Positions 23,898 through 36,083 of a stretch of 64,000 nt of DNA are shown here, one piece after another. The translations under genes were made by a program, and so were the position numbers. Each line of letters starts with the position of its first letter. Within the stretch, counting starts at the first letter, position 1. Source of the DNA: Blepharisma stoltei ATCC 30299 (Eukaryota > Protista > Ciliophora); assembly GCA_965603825.1 (NCBI GenBank), contig CBFDEM010000055.1, forward strand, positions 310,001 through 374,000, read 5' to 3'. The notes below the pieces were generated by a model. It was given only the letters and a program-made list of their open reading frames with translations. It had not been told where the DNA came from and did not search any database.

Positions 23898-24962
23898 ATG
23901 TTCGAAGAGGTATCTCCGAAACCTAATAAAAACCTTCTGAAATCCTCTTTTATAGCATTATCAATTATCGGCTCTTTTTATTTTGCGGCTTACTTCATTT
24001 CTTCAGCCAACAGCTCACTAATTCCATTTGATTTTAAATACAACCTTGAGATTGAAGAATTTAGGTCTTTTATCTCAAGGTATAACAAAGACTATAAGAC
24101 TGAAGAGGAGTTTTATCATAGACTAAAAGTTTTCATTGATAATCTCAGCTACATTAGATTTTTTAACTCTCAAGGCCAAACTTGGTACATGGGAATTAAC
24201 CAATTTTCAGATCTGACTCACGAAGAATTCAGCAGAGCTCATAAGAATAAAATTATAATTCCTGATCAATCGGTTTCAGATATCACTGAAGAGTTTGTTG
24301 CTCCAAATCTTCAAATCCCAAGAAGCTTTGATCAGCGTAGCTACGGCTGTGTATCTCCAATACGAAACGAAGGCTCTTGTTCGGCTCCTTGGGCATATGC
24401 AGCTGTTGGTACTATAGAAGGCACTTGGTGTGATGTCGGCCATGGTCTTACCGATTTGTCTGTGCAACAACTTATTGATTGTTCTGACTTATATGGCAAT
24501 AAAGGCTGCAATGGAGGATCGATAATAAATGCTTATAATTATGTCATGAAAAAAGGAATTACCAGTGAGCAAATTTATCCAACAACTGGAACACAAGGAG
24601 TTTGCAACACAGCAAAAGAAAAACAAGTTCTTGTTAGTCTTGCATCATTTGCAAGAATTTTAGCAAATAACTCTTATGCTTTTGAAGTTGGCATTCTTAG
24701 CGCACCAGTAGCGGCTTATGTTGAAGCAATTGGAGCGGGCTGGCAAAATTATAAAGGAGGGATCATTAGCAGCAATTGTGGGACTGACCTTGATTGGGCT
24801 GTTCTTGCTGTGGGATATAACTTGGCTAATTCGCTGCCTTATTATACATGTCAAAATTCATGGGGCACTGACTGGGGAGAAGCGGGATATGTAAGAATTT
24901 CTATTGTAGATGGGGCAGGAACTTGCGGAATCCAAATGTCTGCATCATTCGGAGTATATTAA
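23898..24962 (+). CDS. Papain/cathepsin L-like protein, Cys->Pro and His->Trp, copy 2
   Basis: 354-aa paralog; NEGSCSAPWAY, LDWAVLAVGY, QNSWG. Confidence 0.92.
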   Translation: MFEEVSPKPNKNLLKSSFIALSIIGSFYFAAYFISSANSSLIPFDFKYNLEIEEFRSFISRYNKDYKTEEEFYHRLKVFIDNLSYIRFFNSQGQTWYMGINQFSDLTHEEFSRAHKNKIIIPDQSVSDITEEFVAPNLQIPRSFDQRSYGCVSPIRNEGSCSAPWAYAAVGTIEGTWCDVGHGLTDLSVQQLIDCSDLYGNKGCNGGSIINAYNYVMKKGITSEQIYPTTGTQGVCNTAKEKQVLVSLASFARILANNSYAFEVGILSAPVAAYVEAIGAGWQNYKGGIISSNCGTDLDWAVLAVGYNLANSLPYYTCQNSWGTDWGEAGYVRISIVDGAGTCGIQMSASFGVY

Positions 24963-25077
24963 TTCTTATTTAAAGGCTAGCTTATTTTAAATCTGTTTAG
25001 AGATAATAAAAAAAATTTGAAACATAATAATTTTAATATTAAGCATTTTACTTATATGGTGAATTAATTAAATAAAA

Positions 25078-26142
25078 ATGTTCGAAGGTTTATCTCAAAG
25101 GACTAATAAAAATCATCTGAAAAACTCTATTATCACCTTCTTAGCCATTAGCTCTTTATGCTTTTTAGCTTATTTTGTTTCTTCAGATAATAGTTTTAAA
25201 ACTCCGGTTGATTTCCAATACAATCTTGAACTTGAAGAATTCAGATCGTTTATTTCAAAATATAGCAAAGATTATAAGACTGAGGAAGAATTTTATCATA
25301 GATTAAGAATTTTCAGGGATAACCTCAGCTACATTCGAGTTTTTAACTCTCAAGGCCAAACTTGGTATATGGGAATCAACCAATTCTCAGACCTGACTCA
25401 CGAAGAATTCAACTTAGCTCATAAGAATAAAATCATAGTCCCTGAACTGCCTATTTCAGATACCACTGAAAAACTGGCTCATCCAAATCTTAAAATGAAA
25501 CGAAAATGGGATTGGCGCCAAGAAGGGTGTGTAACCCAAGTCCTAAACGAAGGCAATTGTGATGCTCCTTGGGCATATACAGCTGTAGATGCGATAGCAA
25601 GTCAGTATTGCGTTTCAGGTCATAACCTTGTCCAATTGTCTGTACAAGAAGTTATTGATTGCTCAGGGTCCTATGGAAATAATGGCTGCAATGGAGGAAC
25701 AATAACAAATGTTTATAAATTTGCTATGAAAAATGGACTTACAACTGAAGAGATTTATCCAAATACTGGAAAACAAGGAGTATGCAAAACAGCAAAAGAA
25801 AAAGAAACTATTGCTACTATTTCAAAATATGCAAATGTAACTCCAAATAATGCTACAGCATTGGAATCTGTCATTCTTCAAACGCCAGTATCGGTGACTG
25901 TTGAAGCAATTGGAGCAGGCTGGCAAAATTATAAAGGAGGGGTTATTAGCAGCAATTGTGGAACTAGCCTGGATTGGGCTGTTCTTGCTATAGGATATAA
26001 CTTAGATAACTCACCACCTTATTATATATGTAAGAATTCATGGGGTGATGACTGGGGAGAAGCGGGATATGTGAGAGTTTCTATTGTAGATGGGGCAGGA
26101 ACGTGTGGAATTCAAATGTCGCCATCATACCCAATATTTTAA
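25078..26142 (+). CDS. Papain/cathepsin L-like protein, Cys->Pro and His->Trp, copy 3
   Basis: 354-aa paralog; NEGNCDAPWAY, LDWAVLAIGY, KNSWG. Confidence 0.92.
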   Translation: MFEGLSQRTNKNHLKNSIITFLAISSLCFLAYFVSSDNSFKTPVDFQYNLELEEFRSFISKYSKDYKTEEEFYHRLRIFRDNLSYIRVFNSQGQTWYMGINQFSDLTHEEFNLAHKNKIIVPELPISDTTEKLAHPNLKMKRKWDWRQEGCVTQVLNEGNCDAPWAYTAVDAIASQYCVSGHNLVQLSVQEVIDCSGSYGNNGCNGGTITNVYKFAMKNGLTTEEIYPNTGKQGVCKTAKEKETIATISKYANVTPNNATALESVILQTPVSVTVEAIGAGWQNYKGGVISSNCGTSLDWAVLAIGYNLDNSPPYYICKNSWGDDWGEAGYVRVSIVDGAGTCGIQMSPSYPIF

Positions 26143-26389
26143 TATTCAATTAATAATAGAATATTCTAAATATTGCTTAAAAATAACTGGATTAAATAAG
26201 TAGAATTTATTAGCTTGTCATCCACTTTTAAGAAGTAAGTTGGGTATAAACAATTTGATGTAAAGGCTAAACATCCAACAATCAAGAAAACTCTAGGCTA
26301 AGGCTATTGTTGCGCCAGGCAGCTCTCTTGAGCATGAGTCTTCATATTATAGCCTATAAAATAACCATAAGTAAAAGGTATATAAAATT

Positions 26390-27667
26390 ATGGAGAGCTT
26401 AAGGTCTGATTTGATAAGAGAAATTTTAGAATATCTTGATTCCCATTCCATAATGCAGGTTGCTTGCACATGTAAGAGGCTAAATCAAATTGCATGAAAT
26501 GACAATTTCTGAGCAGTCTACTTACAGATCCCAAAGCCTTATCCCCGATATCATTCAGGTCCCTATTACTTTTACAATATTTCTGAACTTCGTGCAAAAT
26601 TCTACACAAAGATGAATTTGGCTGGGAAAAACAAGCAATTTTATTGGGACTGTGCTCATGCCTTAAACAATTTGAGGCCAATTATAAAGAAAGGAATAAG
26701 GAGTTCAAGCCAAGATTATGATCAAGGAATTGAAAATACTTTGAAGTACGAAGATAGCTTATATGGGCATTACTGAAGTTCAACAGGATCAGTAACAACT
26801 GATGCTAATGAATATTTGATTTATGAGCTTATAGACACCTCTATTGTGGCCTCAGTTCATTTTATGTGCTATAGAGCAGGCTTTCAAGGAGGTGTGATTT
26901 ATCCACCTCAAAAAATTCAGATAAAGATAGGAAATAGTGATAATGATAGTGATTATCATTATTCATCAGAAATATATGATGTAGAAGTGAGAAATAAATA
27001 TTTTACTGTGTTGGTTTTGCCTGAACTTGTAATTGGTAAATATATTAAGTTGAAGCTAATTGGAAAGGTAAGTCCTCAACCTGGAGATGAAAAATATTAT
27101 ACAGTATTAAGTTATGTGCAATGCATTGGATATCCCTTGAAGAGTTTTTATGAAGAAAGCCCATTGAAAGCTCTAAGCTCTACAAGTGAAGAAATAGAAG
27201 AAATCAGCAAAATCGATTCTGAATATATAAGCACTCAGGCAAAGCAAGAACCTGCAGATCCTTTTATTATTTATCAGCTTATGGCAAAAAATTTACTTAA
27301 TGAGTTTATTGATGAAGCATTAAAAGGAAGAAGTTTAAATCCATTTGAAAGCTACTTTTATGTTGAAAGAGCTTTACAAAATGACACAGAAATTGATTTT
27401 GGTAAAGTAAGCTGCTATGAATTAATAGGAGATTTATTATTTGAAAAAGGCCGTTTTGATGAAGCTCTAGGGATATATCAAGATTCTAGAGATTTTTGAA
27501 AATGGACTATGGTACTAGTTAGGTTGGATAACTATCAGAGTGTAAGAAGAGTTGTTATGATGAACGACCCAAGATTGCCTAAAATAGCAGATGTCATCAA
27601 AATGGCTAAAGAATTAGGTGAAATCTATTATCAAAACGCTAAGAATTACTTTAAGATTGAAAATTAA
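26390..27667 (+). CDS. F-box protein with galactose-binding-like domain and helical C-terminus, copy 2 (425 aa)
   Basis: ATG 26390 is in frame with ORF 26816..27499; reads through TGA codons to TAA at 27665. Confidence 0.78.
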
Positions 27668-28068
27668 TTTTAAAAGAAATTATTATTGACCTACTTATTA
27701 ATATTATAATCTTAATTTAGCTATTTTAAAAAGCTGGAACGCTGTTTAAAATGCTTTATTTAAAAATAATTTATATAAAATACAAATATTAGTTATAATG
27801 CTCTTCATATTTGCAGTAAAAATGGATATTTAATTTTAATTTAGAGTAATAAATGCTATTAGCAAAAATCTTTTCGACAATAACTAATTTATCATTTTTT
27901 TGAAGTTTCTTCATCTCTAATTTCTTCAAGTTTGCGGACTAATTACAGTTGTGTATTAAAATTTAAAAATTTAAATCCACAAGACTCAGAGGGAGAATTT
28001 TTAGCTTGCAAATAACAAGAAAAGCAAAAAAAATTGTAGAGCTTTGCATGAATGTAATCTCAGTCTTT

Positions 28069-28203
28069 TAGCCGTTTTTATAAAGGTTAGCTCGTGGATC
28101 CGAACTTGACAAGCGGAGCCATATGTGGAGCCTAATGTTTTCATATCTAAGGGTAATTTAAACCTCAAGCTCGATCCACGAATGAGCCCTTTTAAAAGGG
28201 CTA
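28069..28203. mobile_element. TA-bounded MITE-like element with about 40-bp imperfect terminal inverted repeats
   Basis: Left arm TAGCCGTTTTTATAAAGGTTAGCTCGTGGATCCGAACTTGA matches the reverse complement of the right arm, TAGCCCTTTTAAAAGGGCTCATTCGTGGATCGAGCTTGA. Confidence 0.55.
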
Positions 28204-28583
28204 GTAGCTATAAAATCTTAAATTTCAGCATTATTTTCTTTAAAATTTTTGATGAAATATATGATAGTTTTTAAGAGATAAATTTTTTTAGAATTTGTCC
28301 AAAAGATATTAATATAATGCATCCAAACTTAAATATGGTAAATTGGATAAGAATCTAATGAAAATGTTATGGTTTTTAATAAAATTCTGGATAAGGGCAA
28401 TCATACCTTTTATTTCTCCAAATTGATAAATCCAAGTATAGTTTTACTGCATTATCTCTTGTTGATTTTCCGAAGCCTTTAATAATATGAATTTAAGGGT
28501 GCCAAAATACTTCTTTTATGTAGCTTAACTAATTTTTCTTTAAGTGTTTTTTGAATGCATCAAAGCCCCATTTTAAACGAAAA

Positions 28584-29478
28584 ATGGAGTCAACAATATA
28601 CCAAGAATTTGTAGCTCTATGCCAATATCATGAAATTGTTAATAACTTTATCTCAGAAACCATCAAACAAGAAAGTGAAAAAGATTCCAACTATTCCCAC
28701 TGCTGTGAAGATATCAGAGAGCTGAGAAATAGATTTTCAAGTCTTTTAGAAATGGATCAATCAGACCTCTTACAAAATGGCATTTTATCTTGTAGAAACC
28801 CTTTTCAGCTACTTTTATACTTAGCTTTGAATTCTCAATGAAATTTACTTGAGAACGTAAATACAGATGATCTTATTGATGGAGTTTTTCAATCAAATAT
28901 CGAGTTCTTCTCCAGCCAAAAGTTCTATGAGATAATGACCAATTTAGAATTAAACGAAGAAATTAGATCGTTAATAAGAACATTAGCAATATATTTCTAT
29001 ATCCGCGTTCCTGATGCATGCATTTGGTATAAATTTTTAAAAAAACAAATTAAGCCCCTTTGCGAGCAAAATTTATCGTTCTCTCACAGGAGGAAGGAGA
29101 GTTAGTGTGGCAGCAACCTTAATAACCCTTTTGCATGAATCAGCTCACTTGATACGTAGATATAGAAGAGATCAAAATAGTTGCTTAATGCTCTCTCCTA
29201 AAAGCTGCAAACAAACAGGGATCGAGTATGATTCAGAAATGGATGATTTTGTTGAAAATTTGATTTTTGGCGAGAGAATGGAATTAATAAATATCTCATC
29301 AGCAGCTTTTCTATTAACTCGAAATAACTGGAATTTAAGCAAACAAGAATTCCATACGGGACTTAAACAACAATATCAAGAAGGAAAAAAGCAAGGCCAG
29401 GCAGATACAAAGGTTGGCAAAGGCAATTCAAGCTCATATATTCATCGTGGACGATGTGGAATGGCGGTATATGTTTAG
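28584..29478 (+). pseudogene. HExxH (zincin-like) protein gene with an apparent frameshift
   Basis: The 5' frame (ATG 28584, through a TGA) and the 3' frame carrying ITLLHESAHLIRR...ENLIFG differ by +1; the switch lies near the A-run at 29039-29045, with no GT-AG tiny intron visible. Confidence 0.5.
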
Positions 29479-30003
29479 AATAATTAATCAAAATTTAAAA
29501 ATATATATTATACTTATACTTCTCTATTAAGCTTGCTAAATCTGCTCTTATTTTTGGAATTTGCTTGAGATGTTGGCATTTTCTTATTCTTTTTGAGTGC
29601 TGAAGAATTAAAAGATTTTGGAAAAAGAAAAAAGGCATTTATTATATGCTAATGCTAGATAATGAATAAGCTAACTCCAAAAACTTTAAAGAACTGCATA
29701 AATTTAAATTAAGCAGCACCGAATTCCAAAATATCGCACATATTTCTTTATACTTGATGAAGATTTTAAATTTGAAATGATGTAAAATATAAAAAAAAAT
29801 TTGCAGGAATCTATTATCACTAGCATTATCCAATTTCAGGCTATAGTTTTTGCCTTTAAGTTATTTTAAGAGTAATATACTTTTAAGAAATTGTTTAAAA
29901 TAGATTGATTTTGCTTATTTCAACTAAAATCTGCTTTTATGTGCCTTAGATTTGGCTTAACTAAGTAAAAATTAGCTTATAAGTTCAAAATGTTGATTTA
30001 TTC

Positions 30004-30657
30004 CTAATCTTGATAATTTTCTATAATCTCCGTCTCATAATTATCTTTCCAGCCTTCCACCACTCTTTCGCTCAATCCTAGTAGCAATGCAATAGGTCTT
30101 GGATGTCCTGCTTTTAAAACAAGCTTTACAATATCTTTCTTCAGTCCATAGTTTAATCCTCTTCCAGCACTTATATCTCCGCTTGAATCCATTCTTGATT
30201 TAATTTCTTCGCATTTATTTTGTATATCCACAGTCATCATATTTTTAATTTCACAGATATCCTCTGTGCCTTTGTATTTTTTCCTATTTGTTTTTCGTGA
30301 TGTCACTTTACAAGAATTGAATTTTTCCAATGGTCCGATCTCGTTTATATTTACAGGAGCTTCTTTCAATTTTTTTTTCCTTAATTTTTGGCTTTCAACT
30401 GTTTCGTAACATCGAGGATTTTCTTTTCATTGCTTGTACCAGCATTTTATTTGAGTGTCTGATATATTGCAAACTCGCTTTAGAATTCCTTTACCGCCAT
30501 GCTCATCAAAAAGACGGCAGACCTCTTCTTTGATGTAATCTGGGACTTCATTTGTTCTGAAAAGCTTTCCTTTATAGATGGGCCGAAGCTCGTCACGAAG
30601 AAATTTGAGTCGGACAGCAAGGTCTTTGACTCGCTCTTCATCTGGTGTTTTCAACAT
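30004..30657 (-). CDS. Protein with two transposase-type helix-turn-helix repeats (217 aa)
   Basis: Two ORFs join through TGA at 30427; repeats IKEEVCRL...CNISDTQIKCWYKQW and LKKDIVKL...LGLSERVVEGWKD. Confidence 0.65.
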
Positions 30658-31159
30658 TTTTATAAGCCCCCATAATTAATTAAAATTTAATACTCTGGTC
30701 ATAGGCGAAAAGATATATTTTATAGAGCCAAAAATTATGATTAGGTAATAAAAACACATAAAGTTAATTGATCTTAATATATTTTTGATCTATTATAAAT
30801 TGAAGAGATTGGTCATTTATAACATAAATTTATTTTCATCTTCACAAAGAAGCATTAATATATTTAGAATCCTTAAACAAAAAAAGAAATTATAGAGACA
30901 TATCTCAATATTTTAACATGATATCGAAATCTTGATTAATCAAAAAGTTAGACAAAATATTTTTCAATTAAATAAATTTTGATAAATTGATATAATGCCA
31001 ACACATTATATCATACAAAAATAAATTCTCAAAAAAGACAGGATATATCTACAAAAAGCCTCAGAATCTAGATTTAAATTTGATTTTCGTAATTCAGATC
31101 CAACCGCAGACCAGACTGACAAAAATATATCCAACCAAGATTAAAATGTTTATTGCAAG

Positions 31160-32629
31160 CTAAGTATCTTGAGACTTGCTTGGATTAGATTGTATCGCCA
31201 TTGATTTTTGCAATGTCATCCTTAAAACTCCTTTCTTTTGAACTTTTCTTGTTTCTTTTAGCAGGCAAGCAAACATTCCTGCTAAGAAGAAGCAGATTGC
31301 AAAAATTGTGACAGATATAGTATCACCATTAGAAGTATCTAATAATCTTCCAATAATCATCGGAGATACAATCCCTCCCAGCCTACCAAAAGCAGTGTGC
31401 CAACCACTAGCACAGCTTCTTATCTCAGTATCATATGACTCTGCAGTAATAGTAGTCAAAGCTCCAACTGAAATCAAAATTAAAGCATTGATTATTGCAA
31501 TACAACCGATTGTCTAAATTAATATTACGACTGCGTCGCCTACATCGATAAAGAATAATATGCATAAAGTTCCTGAAATTCCTAGACCCATCGCAAGAGT
31601 ATTTCTTCTTCCAAATTTTGACCTCACAAGGAAAGATCCAAAAATATTTCCAGGAAGCGCGATTACTGTTTGCATAAGAATGATTAAGTAAATCTGTAGC
31701 TGTGAAAAATCGTTTAAAAAGGTGGGCATAAATATTAAGAGGCTTATATAGCCAGAAAATGTTAAAAAATTGACTAGCGTGATACAAATAGTCGTTTTTC
31801 TATTTTTTTTGGAAAATAAGGATTTTATGCGATCAAATCCTTCGAGTTTTTCTTTTTTGGAAGCTAGTTCTTCTCTGCGAACAATAGAAAGCATAGCTTG
31901 GTGATAGGATGTGAAGCTTTTAAATTGGCCATTTTCTTTCGCAATTCTTTTTAAAGTCTCTTCAGCATCAGATTCTTGCCCAATCATAATATAATAAGCA
32001 GGTGTTTCATACAATTTTAATCTTCATAATGCAAGGCATAGCTCAATTATAAAAAATGCTCCAACAATATACCGCCAATCATGGTCTTCATCACCAATAA
32101 CTCCATATACAAATAAGTTTATTCCTGAAGCTATCATTCCACCAATTGGGTAAAAGCATGACAATCCAGCTAAAAGCCATCTCTTTTCAGGTGGACAAAA
32201 TTCGCTGAAGGTCGTCCCGGCAAGTGTTAAGTCTCCTCCAACTCCAATCCCAAGTAGTAAATAAAATAACATCATCATTGAGTAGTGAAATGAAAAAATT
32301 AGACAAAAGCAAGCCGCTACATTGACCCAGACACACTTCTTAAACGAATAAATCCTCCCATGCTTATCGCCTAAAGTTCCAAAGACTAAAGAGCCGATTA
32401 ACATTCCTATCTGAAGACAACTCCCAATTAATCCTTTTATGGTTGAGCTTAAATCCCATAAATGCCCAGCGCCGATCAGAACAAAGCTCTGTGAAAGCAT
32501 TCAAGCCTGAGCTGCAGAAAGAGCCTAAATAAATTTTACTAATCCACACTGAATGAAAACTAAAGATTGGCAATTTCCCCAGCCTAATTTATCTAAGTAA
32601 ACTCCAACTAGAACCATGGCTTCATCCAT
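31160..32629 (-). CDS. MFS transporter (SV2/SVOP-like), two 15-nt introns
   Basis: GTLGDKHGR, SEFCPPEKR, WRY, ETP, FGRR, AESYDTEIRS and GRLGGIVSP motifs; introns 32525-32539 and 31514-31528; internal TGA=W. Confidence 0.9.
31514..31528 (-). other. 15-nt spliceosomal intron
   Basis: GTAATATTAATTTAG, phase 0, A at position 10; removal restores the MFS frame. Confidence 0.85.
32525..32539 (-). other. 15-nt spliceosomal intron
   Basis: GTAAAATTTATTTAG, phase 0, A at position 10. Confidence 0.85.
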
Positions 32630-32745
32630 TTTAAGATCTTAATTTATAGTAACTTTAAGATTATGAAATTTTCATAACAGTTCATGCTATAATTAAATAG
32701 TTTGGCGATTAGAGATCTGGAAGCTAAAGAAAATATTAATTATAG

Positions 32746-34398
32746 CTAATTTTTAGCAATCAATAAATTAGTTCTCTTTTTCAAGTCCAAATAAAAATAA
32801 TAATGATTTTCTTTTTTATTAGCTTCAATAAAAAAGCAAGAATTCTTCCCATAAACTCTATAAGCCTTATATAAGCAAGGCCATAGCAGTATCCCTATTT
32901 TATTCCATTTAAATTCATTTCCAATTTCGCTTTCCAACGCAACTCCATTATCAACAAATGCATAAACTGTCATATTCCAAGTAACCAACATTTTATGTAA
33001 AACTCTCCCTAAATCGATAGGCAGTTCTGAATAGCTTTCTAAATCAGTATTATATGCATAAATTTTCCTATGAAATCTTCCACTGATTAAAATATTTTCT
33101 TTAAATAGCACACATGAGCAGCAATCTGAAGCACTTGGCAATGGAATTAATTTTTTTCATTTTTTATCAATTAAATCGTATTTTTCTGCTAAAGGCATAA
33201 TATAGTCGTTAAAACCTCCAAAAATATAAATGCTGTTTTTATAATAAATTGGTGATGCTGAGTAGCAGGGCGTTGATAAAGGAATTTTTTTTGAAGAAAA
33301 ATCAATGGTGCTGATTATATATGAATTGCTTGAATAAGTAGCGCTCCCAAAGCAAAATAGTTCATTATTTGGGAGCGGCGCTATGCAGGTGCATCAGCTT
33401 AAAGTCTCAGAAGTTTCAATTGATACGATTTCTTGCTCCTTGGTTTCTGTATTAAAAATTAGCAGTGATGGCTTATTTTCGCTTCTATTAATGCTGTAAA
33501 GATAAGGAGAGTTATAAAATGAATATTCTTGTTTATTTTGGATAATGCTATGTATAGAGTTTTCATAAGCCTTCACAAAATTTTGATATGATGCTTTATA
33601 AAGATAATAGTGCTTATTTATAGAAGGATTTGAGTTATAAAGAAACTGGTATTTTCCATCCTTTTCATATAGGTTCGAAAATAATTCAAACTCATTTTTT
33701 AAATTTCTCTTTAAGTTTTCTAATTCTTCTATTAGTATTGGCTCATCTTCTGATATAGACATAGAGTTTGAGCATTTTCCTATATTTTCTATCTGATTTT
33801 TATAGCTAATTATCTCATTTGCTTTATGTTGCAATATCTTATATTGATCTTCTTCAAATTGTGGATACAGCGCTTTGTATTTTTTATTTAATTTTTCTTT
33901 GGATTTTAAAGGTAAAATTTCATAAGCTTGATTTAAATAGTTTTTACTTATCCAAAAAATAGCTTCTTCTTTACTTTTTTCCATAATTGAATGCAAAAAA
34001 CTCTTTGAATTTCCATATGAATTAATTTCATTTATTAAAATTTGACAAATTTTGATTTGGTTGTTGATTTCTTGGAAAATTAAAGAGATATTGTTGAAGA
34101 TTTCGTTGATTTCAGAGTATGCACGAATGAGCTCGGAGGATTTGTAGGAAAAGAGCTCAGAAAGAACTGATGCAATAAAATCGGCTGTTGTCAAATTTGT
34201 GGGGAAATCGATGGAAGATTTATTTTTAATATCGATAAGAGTTTGTTTTCCTGATAAATTAATGGGATTAGTTTCAGTTTTGAACCAAATATCGTTGCAG
34301 GCTGATAAATTGGAGGGTAAAAAGGTTGGAGGGAAGCTACTATTTGTTAAAAATGACATTTTATTATACTTTGCATTTGGGGGGTCATATAAACACAT
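32746..34398 (-). CDS. Coiled-coil plus Kelch-like beta-propeller protein
   Basis: ORFs join in frame through TGA; Kelch blade YYKNSIYIFGGFND...AEKYDLIDKK-W-KKLIPLP; alternative start at 34359. Confidence 0.75.
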
Positions 34399-34512
34399 CT
34401 ATTTATTGAAATGAGTCCTAAAGAATGGAGGATCTTTTGGTTATTAAATTATTCTTTGTTATTGAAAAACCTTAAATTATAGATAGCTATTAGTTAACAA
34501 ATAAATTGAAAA

Positions 34513-34677
34513 TTACAGCATGAAATAGCAATCAATGAATTCAAGAAATGCTTCTTTTGTCCCTTCATAAGGCTGCATAAAAATTGAGTCAAGATTATGA
34601 GCTCGGTTAGGCAAGTTTGCATGAGCATGCCCAACCTCATTCATACACCCTGGCTCGAAACAGTTCTTCGCCATCAT
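34513..34677 (-). pseudogene. Short gene-like remnant (MMAKNCFEPGC...)
   Basis: GC-richer island in an AT-rich spacer encoding a Cys/His-containing peptide of about 54 aa that resembles a truncated N-terminus. Confidence 0.3.
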
Positions 34678-34973
34678 ATTAATAATTCCGGACTGGCAAG
34701 AAGCGATTCAATGATATGGAGATGAGTAGCCCTTGGGCTTATCAGGAGCTTTTCTTAAATTAATGCTAATGCTAATCAAGAGTCGGGCATTATGGTATGC
34801 AAGGTCACATCTTAGACCAAATCTCAAATAATGAAAAGATAGCATATGCTGGAAAGATAAAATAAGTATAGCCTCAAACTTTGTCTTGTTATAAGAATAA
34901 TATATAGAAGAAGGTGGCATCGAAAGAGAGTGCGATTTTATAGAAGTCTTAGGAAATTGTACTTAATAGTAAA

Positions 34974-35663
34974 ATGATAATTATTTTAATTTGCATTATG
35001 ATTTTTTCATATCTTATAAAGAATATTGAAGAAAATATCTCTGTGAATCAAGCTCTTCAAGAAACGATATCCAAAATCAATCATAAAATTCAAATTGCAA
35101 ATGCTGAAGCATATTTAATGGAAAATTTTCTGGAATCATTGCAAAATTCGATATCATACATTTCTAAAACAGATGATTTAGATGGCAAGTATTTAGATTT
35201 CAATCATAATTATTATTTTTATAGAAAAGTCAGTCCCACAACTGTTTTAAGAAGAATGAATCCAAGCATAAAAGCTCAAAAACTTATAGAGTGCTTATAT
35301 ATTTTTATGAATAAAAATTATAAAGATTGAGATCATTTTTTAAATGACTATAATAGGAATTTGCTCTGGGATTTAACGAATAAGCTTAATGATATTGCTA
35401 TGAAATTGAAAGATGAGCAGTTAATGAAAATTTCTCAAACTATTGAAGAACTGGATAAATGAAGCTCCAAAGCAAATTATGAGCTAACGAATATTTATTT
35501 TTGAATCAAAAGGACTCACTTAAAAATTTTAAAATTCAAAGCTCAATCTCCAATAGAAAAGGCTATAGAAGAAATATCAAAACAACTAATTTTAAAGAAA
35601 GAAGAATTAGCGTGGCTAGATAGAGAGTTGCAAGATGCTATAAGTTTTCAATCTAAAATATAA
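34974..35663 (+). CDS. Orphan helical protein with signal-peptide-like N-terminus, copy 1 (229 aa)
   Basis: Reads through three TGA codons to TAA; MIIILICIMIFSYLI leader; paralogs follow downstream. Confidence 0.7.
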
Positions 35664-36083
35664 TAATTTTTAGCTTTTAGTTTAAAAATTACTATTCATT
35701 CAAATTTCTCTTTATAAACCTTTGTCCATATCTAATAAGAAAAATCAAATATTTTTCTTCAAATTCATAATAATGGAGTTGACATTTTAACCCTTAGCAG
35801 GGTATATGCTTTATAAAAGAAAATTTTATTAAGTCAGCAAAAAAGAAGGTGAGAAACTGAATAATGGTTAACTGAGCATTTTCTGGGTATAGAATAGCTT
35901 CAAAACGAAACCCAATTAAAGAATGAAAAGACAGCATATACTGAAAATATAGAAATTTTTCACAAAGATAAAATTAGTGCAGCCTCAAACTTTCTTTTGC
36001 TATAAGAATAATATATAGAAGAATGTGGCTTCGAAAGCGATTGTGATATTACAGGGTCTTAGGAAACTGTATTTCATAGTAAA

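Larger units (their letters stand above)
20676..27721 (+). repeat. Segmental/tandem duplication block: F-box, cathepsin-like x3, F-box
   Basis: About 20676-22028 and 26224-27721 align, including about 170 bp upstream and the 3' flank; the three cathepsin-like genes are collinear. Confidence 0.85.
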
